From contig CP075493.1 of the NCBI GenBank assembly GCA_021613535.1, forward strand, positions 4,898,001 to 4,962,000: a stretch of 64,000 bases of DNA. The letters run 5' to 3'. Source of the DNA: Adineta vaga (lineage: Eukaryota > Animalia > Rotifera). How positions within the stretch are numbered: the stretch's first letter is position 1; each line of letters opens with the position of its first letter. Both the position numbers and the translations under genes were made by a program. Positions 1 to 11,164 of this stretch are shown piece after piece. The notes under the pieces are model-generated. The model ran no database searches. It had not been told where the DNA came from and saw only the letters and a program-made list of their open reading frames with translations.

Positions 1-52
1 TCAGCTAAGAAGGTTATTGATCAACGATTTCTTGTTATTTCAAATCTTATTT

Positions 53-1590
53 ATGTCACTGCTTGTCGTATGTACAACGGTTGCAACTGTTTATGCAATA
101 TCTTCGTTTGTTTTACTACGTAAACCACATTTGATCCATCGAAGACGTCGACCTGCATTTATCGCTCGAAATATCGCACATCGCGGAGGTGGATAATCTA
201 TATTGATCGATGTTTTTCGTATAAAAAAGTCATTCTCCTTTTATTCTTATTAGGAGCTGCCGAATCGATTGAAAATTCTCTACTTGCATTTGACAAGTAT
301 AACGAAAAAAGATTTTTCTTTTTCTGTCAGTGACAGTTCTTTTGTTTTTCTTTCCAGAGGATTAGCACATGGCGTAGAAATGTTGGAATTAGATTGTCAT
401 CTGACAAAAGATCAACAAGCAGTTGTACATCATGATGCATCATTACAAAGAACAACAGATCATCTAGGATACATTAAAGATATTGAATATGATGTAAATA
501 AGAAAGAAAATAATTTGAAAGCATATTTCATGAATTCATCAATCTTCTCTCTAGAAATTACCTCGTATCAATAGTAAAATACACCTTTATTATAATTCTG
601 GTAGGAGTTTTTGGAAATAATCTTTAAAACTGTGTCTTCTTTTTTGTAGATATAACCATTTCAAGTGATAATAATAATACTTCAAATGATGACTTATTAC
701 GTATTCCATTATTGAAAGCGGTTTTTGAACGTTATCCAACAACTCCAATTAATATTGATATTAAAATAAACGATGATGAGTTGATTAAACAAGTAAATGA
801 TTTAAAAAGAAGAAAAAAACTTTCATTTTTATCTGATTTCTAGGTATCCAATCTAGTTCAACAACATCAGCGAGAACATATTACTCTATGGGGTAGTTTT
901 AGCCATACAATATGTCGAAAATTAACGATACAAGTATTGTTTTCTTCTATATTTCTCTCCTTATCCATATTATCTTCTAGAATCCTCGTATTATTCGATT
1001 TTGTTCGTTAAAAGAAGCGGCAGGCATTGTTTTTGCATATTGGATTGGTCTATTACCATTTCTTCCATTGACACCTGGTATAGAATATCAAAAATAATTT
1101 AAAAATAACTCATATATTTTATTCATACAGGTGCTTTCGAAGTTCCTATTCCTGGTGAAGTCTTTCAGTATGAATAATAATAATCATATGATTTATCTTT
1201 GTCAATAGGCAAATCTTCTATTCCTTTAGAAAAATAACAGAACAAATAAATTGGAAATATAGAATTATTTTCTACTTACTCGAACGGTAAAGTTTTCAAA
1301 AAACTATCTATTTTTTTTGACAGGAGAACCATTTATCTAGAGCATTAAATAATAAATCGATGTTTGCACATCTTCAACGCCGTGGAATTCCCGTACGTTT
1401 TCTATTCGCTCTTTATATAATCTATAATCTACATTCTTTCTTTCGTTTTCAGGTTTACGTTTGGATATTGAATAATGATCAAGAATTTCAATATGCTTTT
1501 ACCAAAATGGGTGTTACGGGTGTTATGACTGACTATCCTACTCGTTTACAAAAATATTTAGCTACAAATCAACATGAATTTCTTCTATAG
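53..1590 (+). CDS. GDPD1: Glycerophosphodiester phosphodiesterase / lysophospholipase D, GDPD1/GDPD3 family (multi-exon)
   Basis: ATG at 53 gives a hydrophobic N-terminus followed by IAHRGG. Later exons read ENSLLAFD, GVEMLELDCHLTKDQQAVVHHD, RIPLL..VF..YP..PINIDIK and VWILN...GVTGVMTDYP, with the stop at 1588-1590. Introns are short GT-AG. Confidence 0.93.
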
Positions 1591-2011
1591 AATTTCATTT
1601 TCACTCGCCGTATATTCTTATAGCCTCTCTAGTCATAAGATGAAACGGACAAATTTAGTTTTCTTTTTTATTTATTTATCTATTTATATTTTTTCTTATT
1701 AAAACATCAGTTGAAAATAAATCTTCTCAGTAGAATTTTGTCTTTGTTTTCTCTCCATACCTATTCGAATAATAATGATACGACTGATAAGCTTGAATTA
1801 TATTTACTTAATCTCAACCGCGAAGCATCCTTGCCGAGAAGAAAATACACAACATACTGGTTTTGATAAGTTGACTTGAAAGGTGCACGATAACAATTCA
1901 ATGGGCTTTTTTTTGCTTCTTCATTACATGAATATCAGCTGAGAGAAGAGGGCCGAACTTTGTATTCATTTATTTGATAAGAGGTCTATTTATTTATTCT
2001 TCTCATTAGTC

Positions 2012-2019
2012 TATATAAA
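2012..2019 (+). promoter_or_regulatory. TATA box of the small LTxxQ-like gene (also present in copy B near 5157)
   Basis: TATATAAA lies upstream of a short non-coding exon and a 5'UTR intron (gtagg at about 2084 to cttag at 2138) that precede the ATG at 2145. Confidence 0.55.
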
Positions 2020-2144
2020 CCCGAGGAAAGTAATGCATTCGTTCTGCACTCATCTTCATCGTCTATTTTCACATCTAAAACAAGTAGGATTGAGTTTTTC
2101 TTGTTTTACATTCAAGCTTATCAAGTGTTTTATCTTAGAAATAA

Positions 2145-2595
2145 ATGGCTCAAGCTCGAACTGATGCTATTATTGATAGCTGGAAAACAAAAGCTAACTT
2201 AAGCTTATCAGCTGAAGAAGAACAAAAAGTAAGAACATATCGATTGATTTCTATATTATTTCAATGATTTTCATTAGCTCAAAGCATGGTTTGCTGGTGC
2301 TGCTGAACGTATCAGTGCTCGTCGTACAGCTGGCAAAGAACTTTTTACACAATTAAATGCAGCTGTCGAAAGCAACGATAGTGCTAAAGCTGACGAATTA
2401 TTACAAAAACTACGTGAAGGTTTTCGTCAACTCTCCGAAGGTCGTGAAAAAGCTCTCGATGAATTCGACAAAATCCTCAAACCAGAACAACGTGCACGTA
2501 TTGTTGTTTATGCTGTACAACAAGCTAAGGAATCAGGTCGTCCAGTTGAACATATCATCGATCAACTCTTTTCACAAACCAGTGAAAATAATTAA
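2145..2595 (+). CDS. 133-aa all-helical protein, Spy/CpxP (LTxxQ)-like, copy 1; exons 2145-2228 and 2278-2595
   Basis: Spliced product is MAQARTDAIIDSWKTKANLSLSAEEEQK|LKAWFAGAAERISARRTAGKELFTQLNAAVESNDSAKADELLQKLREGFRQLSEGREKALDEFDKILKPEQRARIVVYAVQQAKESGRPVEHIIDQLFSQTSENN*. The 49-nt GT-AG intron is in phase 0 and codon bias is strong (GCT/CGT/GAA). The ORF-track entry 2357-2623 is the wrong frame. Confidence 0.8.
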
Positions 2596-2720
2596 ACAAA
2601 TAATGGCAAAATTTTTCTTTTAGTATTTCTATAGTCTGTCATTGTTATACTTTATCGGAAAAAAAGAAACTAAAATAAAAATACTTGGGGGTGTGGGTGG
2701 GTTAGAGTATATTCTCTCCA

Positions 2721-2993
2721 TTAACACTCACACCCACACGCACCCTCATTGGTAACGTAAGCAGTAAAAGCAATTTCTTCATTTGCGGCAATAAGAGGAA
2801 GTTTATCTTTGTTCACAACAAAAGATGATGAAATTTGATTAACAAGAACATCGAAAAGTATTTCTTCTTTAAGTTTTCGTAAAGCATTTTCAACAACATG
2901 ACGACCAATGACATGAAAAGGTCGGTTCAAGTCACGTCCTTCTTCTTCGTGACGGATGAAAAAAGTATATTGTGTTGGTGTTGATTTTGCCAT
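2721..2993 (-). other. Gene-like fragment inside the element (90-aa ORF preceded by a canonical intron, running into the left terminal repeat)
   Basis: ORF MAKSTPTQYTFFIRHEEEGRDLNRPF... On the minus strand a gtgag...attag intron (3043-2994) ends immediately before the ATG. The last codons (EGACGCEC) are read from the terminal repeat. Confidence 0.4.
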
Positions 2994-3060
2994 CTAATAA
3001 TCCAAAGAAAGTTATTTTGTTATAAGTATCAAATTTTACTCACAATAGTTCATAAAGCTT

Positions 3061-3223
3061 CCCAGGACGATGTTTCCCGGCTACGGATCCGCACGGAACC
3101 TACCGGAAAACTCAGGACAATGGAAGCAGTATTCCGATCGAAATTGTCGGAAAACGACTGGAACTTACTGGAAGTTAGTCAGAAGCGAGCGGAAAAATCC
3201 GAAAATATCTGTTTCGACCTGGG
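3061..3223. mobile_element. MITE-like insertion (163 bp) nested in the larger element
   Basis: Termini cccaggacga and tcgacctggg form a 9/10 inverted match, flanked by TT on both sides. The interior is GC-richer with recurrent cgga/ccgga motifs. Confidence 0.7.
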
Positions 3224-4482
3224 TTGTGAATGATAATAACTAATAAGGTGAACTTTAACCAGACAGAAATCGAATATTAATTATTTATTTCGATGTTGAT
3301 ATTGTTAATGCTTTTTCACAAAGTATATATATTGTGTGTGAATGGATTCGATAATACAAGATAACAAAGTCTTTGTTTTCTTTGTTCTTCTTTGGTATAG
3401 AGGATAGATAGGTTGATAGACAGATGTTTGTGAATGAATTATATCGAATTTATCCATTTCTGTAATATATAAAAGAAAATAGATATCTTTTTCTTTTACA
3501 TTTATTTCTAGATCAAATAATCTGATACTTTTTGTAAATATTAAAAATGGTACGCGTCATAGAACATTATTTTTCTGATTTTAAACGAAAATTTTCGATT
3601 ATTAATCGTGAATATTTCGTTTAATCTAATTGATTGGAAATGTTATTGATCATATAAAGTAAAAAAGAAGGGATGTCACTTTCGTATTGCAATAATGCTT
3701 TCAATCTTTCAAAAGCGTATATAAATCGCTTAATATTGTTGAATTTATATTTATCTCAATTTATTGATTTTGTAAAAAACTGACACAAAAAATTCAATGT
3801 AACATTAGTATTGTTACTTGTGTCATGATGGCGATTCTATTTTTTTCTAACATATATCTACAGATACATCTTTATTCACGTCAACTTATTGTTTTGAAGT
3901 TAGCGTATAGACTATAAGTTTAGGTTGATGTTTATACAATTATTACAACCATATCACATTAATCTAATTGTATATCATCTTTTTTAAACAGATCTATGTA
4001 AATATACAACAACGTAGAAGCATCAACATCTACTGGTCAAATACAATTCTTTCACTTGATTCTAAGCTTTAAGGAGACAATGGCAAACGTAAAATCATTA
4101 TGTTCATAAATCGATTTCATATCGAAAAAAATCACTTCTGCTGTCTTTTTTACTATCCTTTATCTCAATGTAATCAATGTCACGAATATGAGATATTTCC
4201 ATGATTACTGAAAAAATTTCGATGATTGAAACAGACATCTTCCTGGATTTTTTATGTGTCCGATTAAATTATTTGTTGTAATAATTCCTCTTTCCAAAAA
4301 TAAATTGCGCAACGTGTTTTAGGGGTCAAACACATCTGAAAGATAAAACAGAATTAACCACTAAATCATCTAAAAAAGATGACTTGAGGGTGGGTGTGGA
4401 TGCAGAAGAGAGACATTCTCACCACCCCCACCTACACTCACCCAAACTATCTACTTTTTTGACAGGAGAACCATTTATCTAG

Positions 4483-4732
4483 AGCATTAAATAATAAATC
4501 AATGTTTGCTCATCTACAACGTCGTGGAATTCCCGTACGTTTTCTATTCGCTCTTTATATAATCTATAATCTACAGTCTTTCTTTCGTTTTTAGGTTTAC
4601 GTTTGGATATTGAATAATGATCAAGAATTTCAATACGCTTTTACCAAAATGGGTGTTACGGGTGTTATGACTGACTATCCTACTCGTTTACAAAAATACT
4701 TAGCTACAAATCAACATGAATTTCTTCTATAG
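4483..4732 (+). pseudogene. Orphan duplicate of the last two GDPD exons
   Basis: Reads ALNNKSMFAHLQRRGIP|VYVWILNNDQEFQYAFTKMGVTGVMTDYPTRLQKYLATNQHEFLL*, identical in protein to 1341-1590. No upstream exons are present in this copy. Confidence 0.85.
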
Positions 4733-5291
4733 AATTTCATTTACACTTGCCGTATATTCTTATAGCCTCTCTAGTCATAAGATAAAACGGACAAATTTAG
4801 TTTTCTTTTTTATTTATTTATCTATTTATATTTTTTCTTATTAAAACATCAGTTGAAAATAAATCTTCTCAACAGAATTTTGCCTTCGTTTTCTCTCCAT
4901 ACCTATTCGAATAATAATGATACGACTGATAAGCTTGAATTATATTTACTTAATATCAACCGCGAAGCATCCTTGTCGAGAAGAAAATACACAACATACT
5001 GGTTTTGATGAGTTGACTTAAAAGGTGCAAGATAACAATTCAATGGGCTTTTTTTTTCTTCTTCTTCATTACATGAATATCAGCTGAGAGAAGAGGGCCG
5101 AACTTTGTATTCATTTATTTGATAAGAGGTCTATTTATTTATTCTTCTCATTAGTCTATATAAACCCAAGAAAAGTAATGCATTCATTCTGCACTCATCT
5201 TCATCGTCTATTTTCACATCTAAAACAAGTAGGATTGAGTTTTTCTTGTTTTACATTCAAGCTTATCAAGTGTTTTATCTTAGAGAAATAA

Positions 5292-5742
5292 ATGGCTCAA
5301 GCTCGAACTGATGCTATTATTGATAGCTGGAAAACAAAAGCTAACTTAAGCTTATCAGCTGAAGAAGAACAAAAAGTAAGAACATATCGATTGATTTCTA
5401 TATTATTTCAATGGTTTTCATTAGCTCAAAGCATGGTTTGCTGGTGCTGCTGAACGTATCAGTGCTCGTCGTACAGCTGGCAAAGAACTTTTTACACAAT
5501 TAAATGCAGCTGTCGAAAGCAACGATAGTGCTAAAGCTGACGAATTATTACAAAAATTACGTGAAGGTTTTCGTCAACTCTCCGAAGGTCGTGAAAAAGC
5601 TCTCGATGAATTCGATAAAATCCTCAAACCAGAACAACGTGCACGTATTGTTGTTTATGCTGTACAACAAGCTAAAGAATCCGGTCGTCCAGTTGAACAT
5701 ATCATCGATCAACTCTTTTCACAAACCAGTGAAACTAATTAA
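5292..5742 (+). CDS. 133-aa Spy/CpxP (LTxxQ)-like protein, copy 2; exons 5292-5375 and 5425-5742
   Basis: Same structure as copy 1, with 4 synonymous changes and one N to T change near the C-terminus. Confidence 0.8.
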
Positions 5743-6367
5743 ACAAATAATGGCAACATTTTTCTCTTAGTATTTCTATAGTTTGTCATTGTTTTACTGT
5801 ATCGGAAAAAAAAGAAACTAAAATAAAAATACTTTCCATCATAAAGAAACTATTTTTCAATTAAATATCTCATCAAAATGTTATGACCTGCCTGGTAGTA
5901 ATTTGATTATAAAATAAACAATCCCACTTTTTTTGCGACTAAAAGTGTTCGAGAAGTTCAAAATTTTGTTGAGATTTCAATGAGACACGTATTTTTTAGG
6001 ACTATTTTCAAATTACATTTACACAATGTTTTAAACGTTTCGAGCAAAGACTGGTAACATCTCAAAGTTAAGATGTGATATACTGGCAACGATAGATGTC
6101 ACCCACTAATGATAATTAAATAATAAATATTTCTTCATATTGTTTTCTTGTATTATGATCTAATCTAATCTCATTATTTGGATTTTAAAAAGAAAATATG
6201 AATTTGATGTCGGTAGAATTATATTAATATTATCATTGGTAAAATTTTCATCGGATGGTAATTTATAGAAGTAAAAAGACCTTTGCACTGCGCTGTGCTC
6301 TGTTTCGTTTCGTTGAATGATAACGCTTTGTAGTTGAATTAAATTATAGATCATACTGTCAATTCGA

Positions 6368-9300
6368 ATGGCTTCAGCTATATTTAAAACATTTCTTTGT
6401 CGTCAACAACATTTTGTAACTCTCACTCGTTCACCAGGTACGATTTACACTTCGTAAAAACGAGATATTTCAATTTAATCGTCTTGTATTTTAGTGGCAA
6501 CACAATTATGGACTCGACTTGCTTCAACATCAGTTCAACAACAACAGCAACAATCTGAAAATAAACCTGGTAATGTTCTTTAGTTAGAATGCATACATTT
6601 TCATTTAAAATGTTTCGTTAGTCAATTTACAACAATTGAAAAATATCAAAGTCGATCATCAAGATGGTATTGCTGTTGTTCAATTCAATCAAGAAAATTC
6701 TAAAGTATGATACGAATTCTTTTCTCACTAGATCATTTGATCTTAAATTTAGGTGAATACATTATCGAAAGGCATCATGGATGAATTCGTTCCATTATTT
6801 GAACAATTACAAAATGATGATAAAGTCAAAGGTATTGTTGTTATGTCAGCTAAACCTGGTTCATTTATTGCTGGAGCTGATATTAAGTAAGACGGAGAAA
6901 TGTTTCATTGATTATTCTTAACTTTAACAACTATAGTATGCTTGAATCAGCAAAAAATCGTGATGAATTATTCAAAATTTCACGTAATGGTCAAGATATT
7001 ATGCATCAAATTGAACAATCACGAAAACCTATCGTTGCTGCCATCGCTGGATCATGTCTTGGTGGTGGATTTGAAGTAAAGTTCTTTTGTTTTTCTACAA
7101 AATAATCAATGATTAAATTATGATTATTTTTCCTTAGGTAGCCTTAGCATGTCATTATCGTATTGCATTGAACGATAAACGAACAGGATTTGGTGTACCT
7201 GAAGTTAAATTAGGTTTATTACCGGGTGCAGGTGGTACACAACGATTAGTACAAAAACTTTCCTTACCTGATGTACTTGATTTGGTTTTAACTGGCAAAG
7301 AAGTTAAAGTAAAGAAAGCAAAATCATTAGGTTTAGTCGATGCGATTGTTGAACCAATTGGACCAGGTTTACAAGCAGCAGAAGAAAAAAATATCGATTA
7401 TCTTCGAAATGTTGCTATACAAAAAGCTAAGTAGGTTTACTTATTAAAAGAGCATAAGCTTTATAAAAAAATATAATTTTCCTAGAGAATTAACTGTTCG
7501 AAAACCAACAAAACCACAACCTGGTTTTATTGAAAGTATGTAGTGCTTCATTTATGAATCTTGTTTTTTTTAAACTTTTTTTATTATTATTTCAGATATT
7601 AAATCTAAAATCATGTCAACTTCATATGTACAAAATTATATATTTGAACAGGCTCGAAAGAAAGTTATGTCACAAACTCAAGGTCTCTATCCAGCACCAT
7701 TGAAGATTCTCGATGTATGTATCTCTTTTGGGAAAAAAAGAAATGAAATAAGTCTATAAACTATTTGTCAGGTTATCAAACAAACAGTTCAAAGTGGTTC
7801 AAAAGTTGGATATAATGCTGAAGCAGAGGTATTTATTTCTCTCTACATATGAAAATGATTTAGTTTCGTATGATAAACTCTTTTCATGTTCATAATTAAA
7901 GGGTTTTGCTGATCTTGGTATTACAACTGAATCAAAAGCATTGATAAGTTTATTTCATGGTCGTACTGAATGTAAGAAAAATAAATATGGTAAACCTGAA
8001 CGAGAAGTAAAGTAAGTTAATCATCGATCTATGTATTATTTTCTATAAAATAATTCTAGAAATATTGCGGTTATTGGTGCCGGTTTGATGGGTGCTGGTA
8101 TTGCACATGTTTCGATTGATAAAGGTTACAATGTTATCTTACGTGATCAAACAACAAAAGCACTTTCACGTGGTTATTCACAAATTACAAAAGGTTATCA
8201 AGGTTATGTTAAACGCAAAAGACTTACAAAGTAAATTTGAAAAACCAAACCATCGACTTTTAATGAATATTCATCGTTTATTTTAGTGCTGAATATGATC
8301 GAGTTTTAGCAAATCTAGAATGCCAAACAACATTTGATAATCTTAATAAATGTGATATGATTATTGAAGCTGTTTTTGAAGATCTTAAATTAAAACAAAA
8401 AGTTCTTGCTGAACTTGAAGAACGTATTCCTGAACATTGTGTCTTCGCTTCAAATACATCTGCTTTACCCATTCATGAAATAGCTGCAAATAGTCGACGT
8501 CCACAAAAAGTAATCCATTAACATTTATGGAATAAGGAAAAAAAACGCTTGAATTTTTCTTAGGTAATTGGTATGCATTACTTTTCACCTGTTGATAAAA
8601 TGGAATTATTAGAAATCGTTCGAGCTAAACAAACATCTGAAGATACAGTTCGTTCAGCTGTCAGTGTTGGTCTTAAACAAGGCAAAGTTGTGATTGTTGT
8701 TGGTGATGGTCCTGGTTTTTATACTACACGTTTGTTAATGTTTGCCGGTGCAGAAGTTTTTCGTCTTCTTCAAGAAGGTGCTTCACCAAAAGATATTGAT
8801 AAAGCAACAAAAACATTTGGTTTTCCAGTTGGTTCAGCAACATTATTTGACGAAGTCGGTATTGATGTTGCTGCTCATATTGCACGTGATATGCACGGTG
8901 TATTCGGTGAACGTCTTGCCGATAAAGCAATGCCAGCATTATTTGACGATCTTGTAAACAATAATTTACATGGAAGAAAAACTGGTCAAGGTTTATATAT
9001 ATATCAAGCTGGTGTTAAAGGTGGTAATCGAGAAATCAATCCAAAATTTACAGAATTAATTAAAAATTATTCACTAGAACCAAAAGAACAGTAAGTTTAC
9101 CATGTATTATTTATATTATGATAACTATCATCGATGATCTATCTAGAATAACACCAGAAAGTATTCAATGGCGTACAGGTCTTCGATTTTTAAATGAAGC
9201 TGCACGATGTCTTGAAGAAAAAATAATTACATCTCCAGTAAGTGAATGTATCCGTTTATTTTATCGTACTAAAATCTGCTTGCTATTATTTAGACTGACG

Positions 9301-9540
9301 GTGATATTGGTGCAGTATTTGGTCTTGGCTTTCCTCCAATGAAAGGCGGTAAGAAAGACAAACATGGCTGACTTTTTCATTGTTCGTTTATTTTAAGGTC
9401 CATTCCGTTTCATGGATACATATGGTGTTTCAAAAATAGTCGATATGATGAATAGTTATCGTAGTAAATATGGTGAACGTTTTGCACCAACCCAATTATT
9501 GGTTGATATGGCTAAAGACAACAAAAAATTTTATTCTTAA
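6368..9540 (+). CDS. HADHA: Mitochondrial trifunctional enzyme subunit alpha (enoyl-CoA hydratase / 3-hydroxyacyl-CoA dehydrogenase)
   Basis: Transit-peptide-like N-terminus followed by [79 protein letters not shown] and [12 protein letters not shown]. Stop at 9538-9540. Confidence 0.97.
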
Positions 9541-9649
9541 CTATTTTAAATAACGATGAACACTTTTTTTTTCTTTCTCTTTCCATTACATTATTAACAT
9601 TTTATTAAAAAAAAAGAAAAAGAATAGAACGAAAATTTAGCAAATTTGA

Positions 9650-10815
9650 CCAGAAATTATCTTTGCTTAACGATAATAAACATGCTATTATTCGATGTTC
9701 TGCAAGCAACTGATAGAAACGATGAACGTGAGAAATACTTTATTGTAATGATGTGCACAGGATGTATCATCCCATCTAATTGAATTTGTATCTAAGAAAA
9801 TATTTCATTCATTTCAATATTCGCATATTGTAATAAAATATATATGTAACAGTCATCCGATCCATATTTCATTGTTTTTGAGTAATACGTATTACAATAA
9901 AGAATCTTCTCTTGAAATATGTTCAAAGAAATGTCTGGAACTAAGCAGCAAATATTAGAAAAGCAAAGTATGCCTCAAATTTCGATTGAAGAACATAGAG
10001 AAATTTAAGTCAACAAAGGACTTAAAAAAGTATTTTCTGAGAAAACTATCGAAACCACATAAGAAGATTGCAATAGCAGAATAAGAAAATAAAAGAAATA
10101 ATGTACCTCAAACTATCGATTCTAAATTTAAATGTTTTTCTTTTGTTAGCGGTATAAATACAGAAGAGAAGATTGCATGACTCATCAAGAACATTTTGGT
10201 CAAATATAGGTCATCGGTAAAAGTACGTAAACAATCAATCACTTGTTCTGATGGATGCACTAATGTTGTTGCAAGCCTTGACAATGTATTTTACATTTAC
10301 AAAATCTCGAACATCTTCAATTCATCACATACGGATGGAAAGAGTTATCAATCCTTTTGAAAAAACCTCTATTCTGTTCAAATATCGCATAACTTTCATT
10401 TCGTACTTGTTTGACTTTTATCCACTTATTCTATTTTTTCTCTTCCTTTATCAATGAATAAAATTTGATTATCAAGAAATTAAACCCAATAGATAATTTA
10501 TAATAGTTGTTCTTTGATCATTCATCAACAATTATTTCCTTAACCTGGAAACGTATCGAATGTTTTAGAATTTGCCTGATTGTTTGGGATAAAACCTTTG
10601 ACGCCATAATCACTCGGAGAACCAAAACTATCTTGAAACAGACCATCATCTGATCGTTTTCGTCGTCCATTGATTTCTTTCGCTCGAAGTTTGGAATGTC
10701 GAGTAAAAATGTTTGGCTTTTCAAGCGTTTTTTCTTTCATCATAGATCTTATACATACCAAATAAACTCCCAAAAAAATGCGACAATAAAGAAACAATTA
10801 ATTGGACTTACATTG
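9650..10815 (-). pseudogene. Possible decayed secreted C-type-lectin-like gene
   Basis: Fragments on the minus strand include a signal-like VQLIVSLLSHFFGSLF with a stop at codon 2, an RRKR site, MN(W)EDVRDFC-like, ATTLVHP, EIWIG* and IRWDDTSC. There are several stops and frameshifts, and the boundaries are approximate. Confidence 0.3.
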
Positions 10816-11164
10816 TTATTCGAATATATCCAACGTCTGTATACAAAATAACAAATGATATATACTATTTGTGAATATATATCTTTTCATCTGATGATAA
10901 TTGAAGTTTGATTTTATGCTAGGTAAAAAATATCTTTCTAATTAATAAAGGAAGATTGAAATCAAGATCAGTTTTTCCGTTTTTCAATAGGAATTGATTT
11001 TCTTTTTCTTTTCTTTTTTTTTTATTAAAGTACGTAGAAAACAAACGACTGGCGAGTGTTAATAGAAACTTGTTTCTTAAATCATGCTTGTGTGTGTGTG
11101 TGTGTGTAAAATGGAAATAACAATAAATGAAGAAAACGAAGATGTATTGCACACACCGAAAAAT

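Larger units (their letters stand above)
1301..2686 (+). repeat. Direct segmental duplication, copy A (about 1.39 kb; last two GDPD exons plus the small LTxxQ-like gene)
   Basis: Near-identical to 4444-5834. Both copies start aaactatcta and end aaaatactt. Confidence 0.97.
2687..4443. mobile_element. Putative non-autonomous element (1757 bp) with imperfect, self-palindromic, telomere-like terminal inverted repeats, at the junction of the duplication
   Basis: Left end is gggggtgtgggtgggttagagtatattctctcc...cacccacacgcaccctca (2687-2748). Right end is tgagggtgggtgtgga...gagagacattctcaccacccccacctacactcaccc (4385-4443). Both ends coincide exactly with the duplication breakpoints. No transposase is visible. 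Confidence 0.6.
4444..5834 (+). repeat. Direct segmental duplication, copy B
   Basis: Near-identical to 1301-2686, with scattered SNPs and small indels in non-coding parts. Confidence 0.97.

Noticed and set aside
2357-2623. ORF-track 88-aa proteins at 2357-2623 and 5504-5770
   Set aside because: Off-frame shadows of the spliced 133-aa gene, whose frame has clean splice sites and synonymous-biased divergence.
10100-10270. Segment resembling a RasGEF REM motif (VIDCLR...YLTKMFLMSHAIF)
   Set aside because: Short, no downstream GEF domain, and embedded in a stop-riddled region. Chance similarity is likely.
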